DNA from: Candidatus Poribacteria bacterium
GTDB lineage: Bacteria; Poribacteria; WGA-4E; UBA9662
Direction: 5' to 3'
Length of the DNA stretch: 10,359 bases
NCBI GenBank assembly: GCA_046582655.1
Contig: JAYGDX010000278.1
Location: forward strand, 1 to 10,359
The notes under the pieces were generated by a model. It was not told where the DNA came from, ran no database searches, and saw only the letters and a list, made by a program, of their open reading frames with translations. Made by a program: the position numbers and the translations under genes. Shown here piece by piece: positions 1 through 6,914 of this stretch. Position 1 is the first letter of the stretch. Each line of letters starts with the position of its first letter.

Positions 1-440
1 CCAATATAGTTTGTTGATAGTAAAAGATTTGGTACCCTACATTGATCAACATTATAGTATATTCCAGACCCTGAAAGCAGGATGGATTTTGTCATTAGCT
101 TTTCTGGATATATTAGTCTTCTGACAACAATTCAGCATTCTAATATTTTCTCTCGAGTATCTTGTCAGTCTAGTTTCTACTGGGCTGGGGAAAGGGAAAA
201 ACGGATTAAAGAATTAATCACTCAAACACCAACCAAATCAATAGAAATTTATATGGATTGAGGACGATATGATTTGAAAAGGAAAGATATAGATGTGAAA
301 GAAACCAGCAAATATACGATCAATTACGAAAGAAAGGCTATTCAATCAGTGGCGGTGAAATTAATGCTGGTTTTGGATGGTCAAGCTGGGTAAATCAATT
401 TGATGATATTCTAAAATTGTTTTACCCATATCTAATTTAA
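1..440 (+). pseudogene. Degraded 3' part of an alpha/beta-hydrolase (enterochelin esterase Fes-like / putative esterase)
   Basis: Three frames join: frame 2 (2-58) LIVKDLVPYIDQHYS; frame 1 (61-~300) IPDPESRMDFVISFSGYISLLTTIQHSNIFSRVSCQSSFYW...IEIYMD*GRYDL with TGA at 259-261 where Trp is expected; frame 3 (~303-440) NQQIYDQLRKKGYSISGGEINAGFGWSSWVNQFDDILKLFYPYLI* with TAA at 438-440. The nucleophile elbow reads VISFSG rather than GxSxGG. The 5' end lies outside the window. Confidence 0.8.
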
Positions 441-460
441 AAAATTGATATAAATCTAAA

Positions 461-530
461 TTGGGTATCCAGTATTACCATCGGTAAATACGTCAATTAC
501 ATATATCCACATCTGGTAATACAAGCCCAA
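461..530. repeat. Imperfect inverted repeat between the esterase remnant and sfsA
   Basis: TTGGG (461-465) / CCCAA (526-530) and GTATTACCA (472-480) / TGGTAATAC (514-522) are reverse complements around a 33-nt spacer. Confidence 0.6.
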
Positions 531-542
531 AAGAGACTGCCG

Positions 543-1244
543 ATGAATATTTCAGGTCCACTCATTAAAGCCAAGTTTATAGAACGACCGAATCGATTTC
601 TGACTCGGGTTGAACTGAATGGTAAAATTGTTGATAGTCATTTGCCCGATCCCGGTCGCCTAAAGGAACTTCTGGTCCCTGGTGCCGAATTATACCTGCG
701 CCCAGTTCCGGCTGAATCGGACAGGAAAACACGATATACCACCGTCATGGTGAAGCATGATGGTATTTTGATTTCGCTCGTATCGGTCTTACCTAACAGA
801 TTTGTTCAGGAAAGTCTAGAGTGCCGTCAGTTGCCAGTACTGGAAGGATTTCGTCTTGAAAAGGCGGAGGTTTCATTGGGAAAGCACCGATTTGACTTTC
901 TTTTAAAGACAGCTGAAGATAATCCTTTTTATCTAGAAGTAAAATCGGTAACCTTGGTTGAAGATGGCTTAGCAAAGTTTCCAGATGCAGTGACCGAGCG
1001 GGGTACGCGCCATGTAAAAGCCTTGGAAAATATGGTCCGTGAGGGCCAACTCGCCGGCGTTCTTTTTGTTTGTCAACGTTCCGATGCTCAAAAATTCAGT
1101 CCAATGCATGAACGAGATCCCAAATTTGCTACCGCATTGGAAAGAGCCCATCAAAGTGGCGTACAGGTCTGGTGCATTACCACCAAAGTTACACTTGAGA
1201 ACATGACCTATTTTCAGGAAATTCCGGTCTGTTTTAATGATTGA
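543..1244 (+). CDS. sfsA: DNA/RNA nuclease SfsA (sugar fermentation stimulation protein A)
   Basis: 233 aa with SfsA motifs RPNRF, HLPDPGRLKELL, RFDFLL, LEVKSVTL (PD-(D/E)XK core), FPDAVTERGTRH and DPKFA; typical length. Confidence 0.95.
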   Translation: MNISGPLIKAKFIERPNRFLTRVELNGKIVDSHLPDPGRLKELLVPGAELYLRPVPAESDRKTRYTTVMVKHDGILISLVSVLPNRFVQESLECRQLPVLEGFRLEKAEVSLGKHRFDFLLKTAEDNPFYLEVKSVTLVEDGLAKFPDAVTERGTRHVKALENMVREGQLAGVLFVCQRSDAQKFSPMHERDPKFATALERAHQSGVQVWCITTKVTLENMTYFQEIPVCFND

Positions 1245-1246
1245 TC

Positions 1247-1321
1247 AGCGACACAACCCATCCATACCGATCTGGACTAGATTTCAAGCCGGTGTGGGTG
1301 GTTTTCTTTTGGCCTGTATTA
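1247..1321 (+). repeat. Hairpin repeat family 1, copy A; also a plausible intrinsic terminator for sfsA
   Basis: 1251-1321 matches 3480-3550 at 59/71 with no gaps. Stem CCATCCATACCG / CGGTGTGGGTGG (2 G-U) is followed by TTTTCTTTT. It starts 2 nt after the sfsA stop. Confidence 0.85.
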
Positions 1322-1358
1322 TGTCTTAGATTGCCCTGCCTTGATACATACTAATCGT

Positions 1359-1403
1359 GTTGAGACGTCCGCCTGATAACCCACGAGGCCACTGGCGGGT
1401 ACA
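1359..1403 (-). repeat. Hairpin repeat family 2, copy A, downstream of the beta-propeller gene
   Basis: Minus strand TGTACCCGCCAGTGGCCTCGTGGGTTATCAGGCGGACGTCTCAAC shares ordered blocks TACCCGC, CTCGTG, GGTwATCAGGCGG and TCAAC with 5031-5083 (+). Confidence 0.55.
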
Positions 1404-1429
1404 GGTAGATGCTAACTTGGTCGTAACCG

Positions 1430-2893
1430 TCACTCCTCGATCCAATAAGAGTAGAAACTACCATTGCGCAATGTAAACCGTAGATGGACCAGCCTGCCCT
1501 GCAAATCGGCCAAACTGTCCTGTGTCCATACCACCTTGCCTTGGGGCAGATCGCCGTTCAGGTCGGCGGATGTAGCGACGACGCTACCACCGTCGAGCGC
1601 CTCGACGGTTAATGTACCCTTGGTTGCATCGAGGTTCACGAAGAGCATGGTTCCACTCAGCTCAAACGGCTGGGTTGTGAACATGCCAGACTGTTCGCCA
1701 GCGTCTAGCGAGACAAAGCCGTCCCTGCGCAACAGGGCCAAACAGATTGCTCCCTGATCCCGGTCGAGGCCGGGTATCGGCACTATTTCGCCGTCCGGAT
1801 AGGTGCCGACATAATGAGACGAGGCGCGGTATTTCAAGCCAGTGTAGTAAAACCACAACTCGTCGTCCCGCCTGACCGGCGCAGAGGGAGGTAGGAGTTG
1901 TGTCAGATCGTACGCGCCCGCACCCAAGGGCGACGCCTCGATGAACGGTCTCCGGTTGCCGAGGCGTCGCCATGTCCTGAGGTCACGACTGCATGCCAGC
2001 TGAACGAGGTGGAAGCCGAATGTATTCGGGTAGTTGGGGACGGGCCCGGCCGAATGGTACATGGCAGGCAGACCAATATACAACCCCTCGTAGGCGAAAA
2101 CACCCATGTTATATACATCCACGTTGTAACTATCCAACTCCGAGCGGAGGATCAAGGATTGCATGTGTGGGTTAGACAGTCGCGTGTCGATGTTCTCTCT
2201 GCCTAGACGCTGGTCTTCATCATCCGCATGGAAGATCAACTCGGGCTCGGTCCAGCGCATGAAGTCCGTGCTAGTCGAAAGGAAGACCGACCTTCCGTGC
2301 GGACCGCCATGCTTAACGGTGGCCAGAAACGTCCGTCTCTGCTGGTCATAACTCAAATTGGATTCGTCCGAGCTAGGAATCGGCGGAGCATCCAGCTTGC
2401 ACCAATGAATGCCGTCAGGACTGGCGATTGGCTCGCGGATGGAACATTGTGCAAGGCCTTTGAAACAGCGTGCAGGATCCGTGTCATTTGGGTCGTACAC
2501 GACATTCATTATTGCATTTTCCGGCCATTCAAGCGCAGGGTCAAGGGTGACGAAGTTATTCTCCAGGGAGCCTTTGAATTCCTTTTGTCGTAGGACCGGT
2601 TTGTGCCAATGCAGGCCGTCTTCACTCTCCACGTAAGTTGTGCCGGAAACGCCAGGGATGTCAGTCGAGGTTATTATCCATAGCTTATACACTGCGGCCT
2701 CAGGATCCCAGGCTGGAGCGCTGCGCGTCTGGAGTGCCGTCTCGCCGCACTCCAGATTCGGGCGGATCACCGCCCCTTTTTTGTCCGGCCGGTGCATCGT
2801 GCGTGCCAGATGCTCAATCTGCGCGATGCCATAATCGTCCAGAAATAGTTGTCGTTGGCCTGGTGACACATCAAACGTCGTATTCTTGTGCAT
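1430..2893 (-). CDS. Five-bladed beta-propeller glycoside hydrolase-like protein (GH32/GH43 superfamily-like), substrate unknown
   Basis: 487 aa. N-terminal RQLFLDD; Asp-box-like repeats SEDGLHW, SPDGIHW, STDFMRW and SRDLRTW; DELWFYY; LRRDGFVSLDAG before a C-terminal beta domain. RBS-like GAAAGGGAAA upstream; no signal peptide evident. Confidence 0.75.
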   Translation of the reverse strand: MHKNTTFDVSPGQRQLFLDDYGIAQIEHLARTMHRPDKKGAVIRPNLECGETALQTRSAPAWDPEAAVYKLWIITSTDIPGVSGTTYVESEDGLHWHKPVLRQKEFKGSLENNFVTLDPALEWPENAIMNVVYDPNDTDPARCFKGLAQCSIREPIASPDGIHWCKLDAPPIPSSDESNLSYDQQRRTFLATVKHGGPHGRSVFLSTSTDFMRWTEPELIFHADDEDQRLGRENIDTRLSNPHMQSLILRSELDSYNVDVYNMGVFAYEGLYIGLPAMYHSAGPVPNYPNTFGFHLVQLACSRDLRTWRRLGNRRPFIEASPLGAGAYDLTQLLPPSAPVRRDDELWFYYTGLKYRASSHYVGTYPDGEIVPIPGLDRDQGAICLALLRRDGFVSLDAGEQSGMFTTQPFELSGTMLFVNLDATKGTLTVEALDGGSVVATSADLNGDLPQGKVVWTQDSLADLQGRLVHLRFTLRNGSFYSYWIEE

Positions 2894-3088
2894 CTTCGGT
2901 TTCCCTTTCGTTTATAGTTAACTCGAATGGTTTTGGATACCTTTAGTCGCTTAAGACTACTTCAGAATTACCATTTTGTGAGTTTCTATAAATCACACTT
3001 GCAGTTGATAAAAGTAATAAGTGCCTGAAGATACCATTCCTCCATTACCAGTTTTCCCATTCTAATGAATTATATGATCCAATTTGAG

Positions 3089-3107
3089 CAATCTGACACA
3101 ATCTGAC
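3089..3107. promoter_or_regulatory. Tandem 9-bp direct repeat, possible transcription-factor site
   Basis: CAATCTGAC at 3089-3097 and 3099-3107 (10-bp period), about 200 bp upstream of the minus-strand beta-propeller gene. Confidence 0.35.
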
Positions 3108-3475
3108 TAAATTATCAATGGTGTAGATGGTCAGCATATTAGCATGAGGGAAGGAGAAACGAAGAAAAATTAATTGTATCAGGCGACTCCACACCATTAT
3201 CAAAAAGAGAAGGATAATAGCATTATAGAGGAGCAAGATCATCAATATATGAGCGCGGTAGCTGAAAGCCAAGTCACTCACCAACTGACAGCGGAGAGAA
3301 AAGAGCAGTATGGGGTCTTGGATTTGGACTGATTCTGTTGATGTGCTGTATGCTCAATTTATTAGCATTTACTTGATGGCCACGGCGGTACATACAAAGC
3401 GCCGGATAGTTTTCCAGCGCAAAAGATCAGATACCAAGACGGCTTAGCACTGCATTCCTTCCAGCTAAAAACCCA

Positions 3476-3550
3476 AGCCACACAACCCATCCACGCTGGT
3501 CTGAACTAGGTTTCACTCCGGTGTGGGTGGGTTTATTTCGACCTGTATTA
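3476..3550 (+). repeat. Hairpin repeat family 1, copy B
   Basis: 59/71 identity to 1251-1321. The 16-bp stem AACCCATCCACGCTGG / CCGGTGTGGGTGGGTT (3 G-U) is followed by TATTTC, and the copy ends at CCTGTATTA like copy A. Confidence 0.85.
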
Positions 3551-3710
3551 CAACCTCAAACTAACGTCCTTGAAGGATGAATTTATTCCAACAGCCAATG
3601 TAACAGTAGGGTCTTGAATGGCATCTTCGAGACAAGCGACTTCAGCGACAGGATATTCAAACCGCTTGATATCGAGATATGAAGTCCTGGAGGGCTTTTG
3701 TGATGTGTAA

Positions 3711-3730
3711 ACATCTGATTCGCCAGATGT
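3711..3730 (-). terminator. Short stem-loop directly after the lactonase stop
   Basis: ACATCTG (3711-3717) / CAGATGT (3724-3730) with a 6-nt loop; weak U-tract. Confidence 0.4.
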
Positions 3731-3732
3731 AA

Positions 3733-4800
3733 TCACGACTGAACGGGTAAAATACAAACCGGGTTTGGGATTTCTGCCACAAAGCCTGTTGCTTCCAAGT
3801 CACCGGTCTGATGATCGATTCGAAAAGTTACCACCGTGTCCGTATCTTGATTGCCAACAATCAGGAATGTTCCGGTGGGATCGATGGCAAAGTCGCGAGG
3901 GGTTTCACCTAAGGTATGGGTGTACCCGAGTTCAGCTAGTTGACCGGTTTCAAATGAGAATCTGGCCAGGCTATTATGACCCCGGTTAGATGCATAGACA
4001 TAACGGCCATCTGGAGTAACAGCAATTTCCGCGCAGGATGGGGGGGCGTTTGTGTCTACCGGTAGTGTAGAGATGGTTTGAAGTGGATTAAGTAGACCGT
4101 TGTGGTAAGCATAAACAATAATGGTAGCATCCATTTCGTTCAGCACAAATGCGTATCGGTTACTAGGGTGAAAGACAAAGTGACGCGGCCCGGCACCAGT
4201 ATGTGTTTTGACAAAGGGAGGATCGCTTGGTGTTAGGTTGCCTGTTGCGCCATCAAACCGATAGACGAGGATTTTGTCTAGACCAAGGTCGGGCACGAAC
4301 AGAAGACGATTGTCTGCACTTAAAACAACAGTATGTGCGTGAGGAGCGAGTTGACGTGGATGGGTACTTCCAGATCCTTGGTGTTGGATGAAGGCCGTTG
4401 CTTTGCCTAACGATCCGTTTTCTTGAATAGGATAACAGACGATACTGCCAGTTTCGTAGTTCGCACTCAACACAAATCGGCCCGTTTTGTCAACAGTGAT
4501 GTGACAAGGCAACCCTCCATGTCCTGGCTGGTCATTCAGGGAGTAGAGGGTATCCCCATCAATGACCAAGGCGTGGACTTTTGGGGTATCTTCTATTTCT
4601 GTTTCTTGATTGGCATAAATAAATTGCTGTTGTGGATCTATGGCCAAATAAGAAGGGTTGCGAGGGCCAATGGTATTGGACAGGTAAGCTAGTTGTCCGG
4701 AATTCATGTCTAGGCGGCAGACATAGATGCCTTCCGCTTTGCCATCGACAAATGGCAATTTTTCGGTGTAAGTCCCGATGTAAATGGTCTGGAAGTTCAT
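3733..4800 (-). CDS. pgl: Lactonase family protein (6-phosphogluconolactonase / cycloisomerase 2, seven-bladed propeller)
   Basis: 355 aa with YIGTYT, NPSYL, PCHI, ANYETGS, PHAH, DLGLD, GAGPRH, YASNRGHNS and GETPRDF; GGAGA RBS upstream of the ATG. Confidence 0.9.
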   Translation of the reverse strand: MNFQTIYIGTYTEKLPFVDGKAEGIYVCRLDMNSGQLAYLSNTIGPRNPSYLAIDPQQQFIYANQETEIEDTPKVHALVIDGDTLYSLNDQPGHGGLPCHITVDKTGRFVLSANYETGSIVCYPIQENGSLGKATAFIQHQGSGSTHPRQLAPHAHTVVLSADNRLLFVPDLGLDKILVYRFDGATGNLTPSDPPFVKTHTGAGPRHFVFHPSNRYAFVLNEMDATIIVYAYHNGLLNPLQTISTLPVDTNAPPSCAEIAVTPDGRYVYASNRGHNSLARFSFETGQLAELGYTHTLGETPRDFAIDPTGTFLIVGNQDTDTVVTFRIDHQTGDLEATGFVAEIPNPVCILPVQS

Positions 4801-4817
4801 GTTATTCTCCGGTCTAA

Positions 4818-5033
4818 TACAGTTCTATTTCTTATCTAGCTAGCTTGTCATATCACCTCGCTGGAGTCAATAAAAAGAACTATCAGACGATTGATAGACA
4901 GTTGCAATCTGCAAAAACAATACAAGGACTTGGCCAGAAAAGCTTATCCAAAAGTTTTGATGAAGTTAAGTCTCAATTCTAAGAAGTACATCGTGCTTAC
5001 AGCAAGTTAAGCGCATTGACTGGCTATCGCTGA
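4818..5033 (+). pseudogene. Possible 3' remnant of an unidentified helical protein gene
   Basis: Frame 4818-5033 reads ...GVNKKNYQTIDRQLQSAKTIQGLGQKSLSKSFDEVKSQF*EVHRAYSKLSALTGYR* with one internal TAA (4980-4982). The final TGA (5031-5033) abuts a hairpin and terminator. No clear start with RBS. Confidence 0.35.
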
Positions 5034-5083
5034 TACCCGCGCAAAGGATAACTCGTGTACGAGGTAATCAGGCGGGTATCAAC
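5031..5083 (+). repeat. Hairpin repeat family 2, copy B
   Basis: Perfect 10-bp stem TGATACCCGC (5031-5040) / GCGGGTATCA (5072-5081) encloses an inner CTCGT/ACGAG stem; block similarity to 1359-1403 (-). Confidence 0.6.
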
Positions 5084-5110
5084 GGCCCTTAGTTGATACC
5101 CTTTTCCTTT
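5074..5110 (+). terminator. Intrinsic terminator
   Basis: Perfect 10-bp stem GGGTATCAAC (5074-5083) / GTTGATACCC (5092-5101), 8-nt loop, then TTTTCCTTT. Confidence 0.75.
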
Positions 5111-5274
5111 CTCTCAACTAGTTTCCTTCTTCCTAATCTAACACTCCAAAAAACCTTCAGCCTCCCCCTTGGTCGGCCATCTTAATATAATCAATCAATA
5201 GTCTGCTCAAGATTGTTCTTCTTAAGCTAATTCAAGCTTAAACCAGATGGTTCTGACTGAATAACCGAGAATAC

Positions 5275-5303
5275 TTTACATAGTTTTGTCGATGTGCTAT
5301 TTT
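5275..5303 (+). promoter_or_regulatory. Candidate sigma70-type promoter upstream of the PhyH-family gene
   Basis: TTTACA (5275-5280), 17-nt spacer, TATTTT (5298-5303) preceded by TGn. Confidence 0.4.
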
Positions 5304-5399
5304 TTAGTCATTGGCTCAGACAGGGGTAAGTCCGTGCTGGTGTTGAGTTTGAGCTGTGTTTAGAAAAGGACACCGCCCAAACCACCCAGGACAAGAAAT

Positions 5400-5448
5400 A
5401 ATCATAGGTCAGACATCCCCCTAGTTGATTGGCTGTGAGCTTATATAA
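5400..5448 (+). repeat. Repeat family 3, copy A (promoter-like)
   Basis: AATCATAGGTCAGACATCCCCCTAGTTGATTGGCTGTGAGCTTATATAA aligns with 7841-7891 at about 39/51 columns. Confidence 0.7.
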
Positions 5449-5629
5449 TTGCTTGCCGTCCACTTAGTGTCATTTGCTTTGCGCATCGTTGATGTTATGA
5501 TGGCGTGGCAAGTTGCTTTCCCCACTCAATCAACTGACCTCCAACGGTAATTTACCACCACTACTGCTTTTAGCTGGACAGGTTTAATCGGAGCAGTAAG
5601 CATGAAAAGCAAATAGACTGGAGAAAAAA

Positions 5630-6706
5630 ATGAATCTGAAACCTGAGGTACAGGTTTCCCCAAAGGAACTCACTGAGCCAACGCAGGATACTCCAATACC
5701 TTCACCGACCAATTACAGCGGGCGTACTCATCCTATCTACCAACACCCTGTCAGCGAGAAAGTCCAAATACTGGAACCTGTTCCGTATGAAGATCGCCTC
5801 GTTGGGTCTGACCAAGTCGAGTTATCACATCAGGAGATTGCGCATTTCAAGTCGCAAGGCTTCATTGTCAAGCGCGGCCTGATCGACGATCAGAAGGGAT
5901 TCGATCGTCTTGTGGACTATTACTGGGAGCATATGCCAGCCTATTTTATGGATCGTGATGATAGCATGACTTGGTTCATGCGGGCCGATAAGAAACTGAC
6001 GGTAGAAGATAGTCAGTTCCTAGGCCGTACATCGTCGGCAGGATTAAAGTTTCAATCACCTACACGATTTGGCACGGAACCTTACGTGCTGGCGTTAAGC
6101 GCAAGCCACCCAAACGTGCGCCGAGTCGTCGAGCAGTTCATTGGCAAGCCGGTACGTCCGACCAAAAGGGTACGCGGTCTCTATGGTGTGTCTCCCACGC
6201 CTACCGGAATCCCCATGAGGTTGAGTCCACACGCAGACGTCATTCCAGCCGATATCTCTGCCATGGTCATTGTCACCGAAACCCCACCGAGATGCGGAGG
6301 ATTTTGCGTTTGGCCGGGCTCGCATATCAACCTCTACCCCTTCTGGGATACCAGACATAGTACCCGAATTAATTCACAGGAGAGGTTGGAGGCGTTTCTC
6401 TACGAACGTGACCGAACAGTGAGTACTATCGCTCCTGCGGAGTGTATTGGATCACCTGGGGATGTAGTCTTCTGGCATCCGCGAATCCTGCATTCATCGG
6501 GCAAAAACTATTCAGCGATAGATGGCAGCCCTTGTATTCGTATCGTGATTCCGTGTGACTTTCAGAAAAATGGACGCACGTTCTTCGATGACGACGAACA
6601 GTACGGTCCCGGTAAGCGCGAGCAATGGTGGGTCGACGCCCACAACTTCACAGAGGATAACGAAGTGCCAACATCCGACAATCTGTGGAGTGGCTGGAAT
6701 ATCTAA
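5630..6706 (+). CDS. Phytanoyl-CoA dioxygenase (PhyH) family Fe(II)/2-oxoglutarate dioxygenase
   Basis: 358 aa with EIAHFKSQGFIVKRGLI, HxD motif PHADV, GGFCVWPGSH, GSPGDVVFWHPRILHSSG (distal His) and a downstream Arg; GGAG RBS. Confidence 0.85.
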   Translation: MNLKPEVQVSPKELTEPTQDTPIPSPTNYSGRTHPIYQHPVSEKVQILEPVPYEDRLVGSDQVELSHQEIAHFKSQGFIVKRGLIDDQKGFDRLVDYYWEHMPAYFMDRDDSMTWFMRADKKLTVEDSQFLGRTSSAGLKFQSPTRFGTEPYVLALSASHPNVRRVVEQFIGKPVRPTKRVRGLYGVSPTPTGIPMRLSPHADVIPADISAMVIVTETPPRCGGFCVWPGSHINLYPFWDTRHSTRINSQERLEAFLYERDRTVSTIAPAECIGSPGDVVFWHPRILHSSGKNYSAIDGSPCIRIVIPCDFQKNGRTFFDDDEQYGPGKREQWWVDAHNFTEDNEVPTSDNLWSGWNI

Positions 6707-6709
6707 ACC

Positions 6710-6735
6710 ACTAGCTGTAATTTTTTGCGGCTGGT
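6710..6735 (+). terminator. 3' stem-loop after the PhyH-family gene
   Basis: ACTAGCTGTAA / TTGCGGCTGGT forms 11 pairs (3 G-U) around a TTTT loop, 3 nt after the stop. No U-tract follows. Confidence 0.5.
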
Positions 6736-6914
6736 AGGATAGAAGCCTAAAGTTTACCATCAGGTGTGGACATAGATGATGGGGACTTTTGCTATGCTAT
6801 ACAAACTATCAAACGTCAAAACAGGGAGGCTGGATTGGAACCGACGTTCCCAGCTGGCAGAACTGAAACCTTCCTAACGTTACTTTCTAAAGTGACATCA
6901 AACCGAGGGATTAG

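Noticed and set aside
1300..1330. XerCD dif-like site (TGTATTATGTC)
   Set aside because: Only a partial XerD-like arm, no XerC arm, and it is not conserved in the second repeat copy.
1247..3550. Integron attC sites or CRISPR repeats for family 1
   Set aside because: ACACAAC only loosely resembles RYYYAAC, there is no conserved GTTRRRY end, the genes are not co-oriented and no integrase is present. Two copies 2.2 kb apart are not a CRISPR array.
3045..3757. Small ORFs 3045-3284 (-), 3548-3757 (-) and a 45-codon + strand ORF at 3310-3447
   Set aside because: No recognisable motifs or convincing RBS; they may be decayed coding DNA but I cannot support a call.
4909..5012. DnaJ J-domain remnant (LQKQYKDLARKAYPK plus KSQF*EVHRAYSKLS)
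   Set aside because: It needs a frameshift and lacks HPD, and a single other frame covers the region equally well.
6780..6870. yybP-ykoY manganese riboswitch or hammerhead ribozyme
   Set aside because: CGTCAAAAC is present, but GGGGAGTAGC and the 3' AGACC elements are not; there is no CTGATGA core or stem II for a hammerhead.
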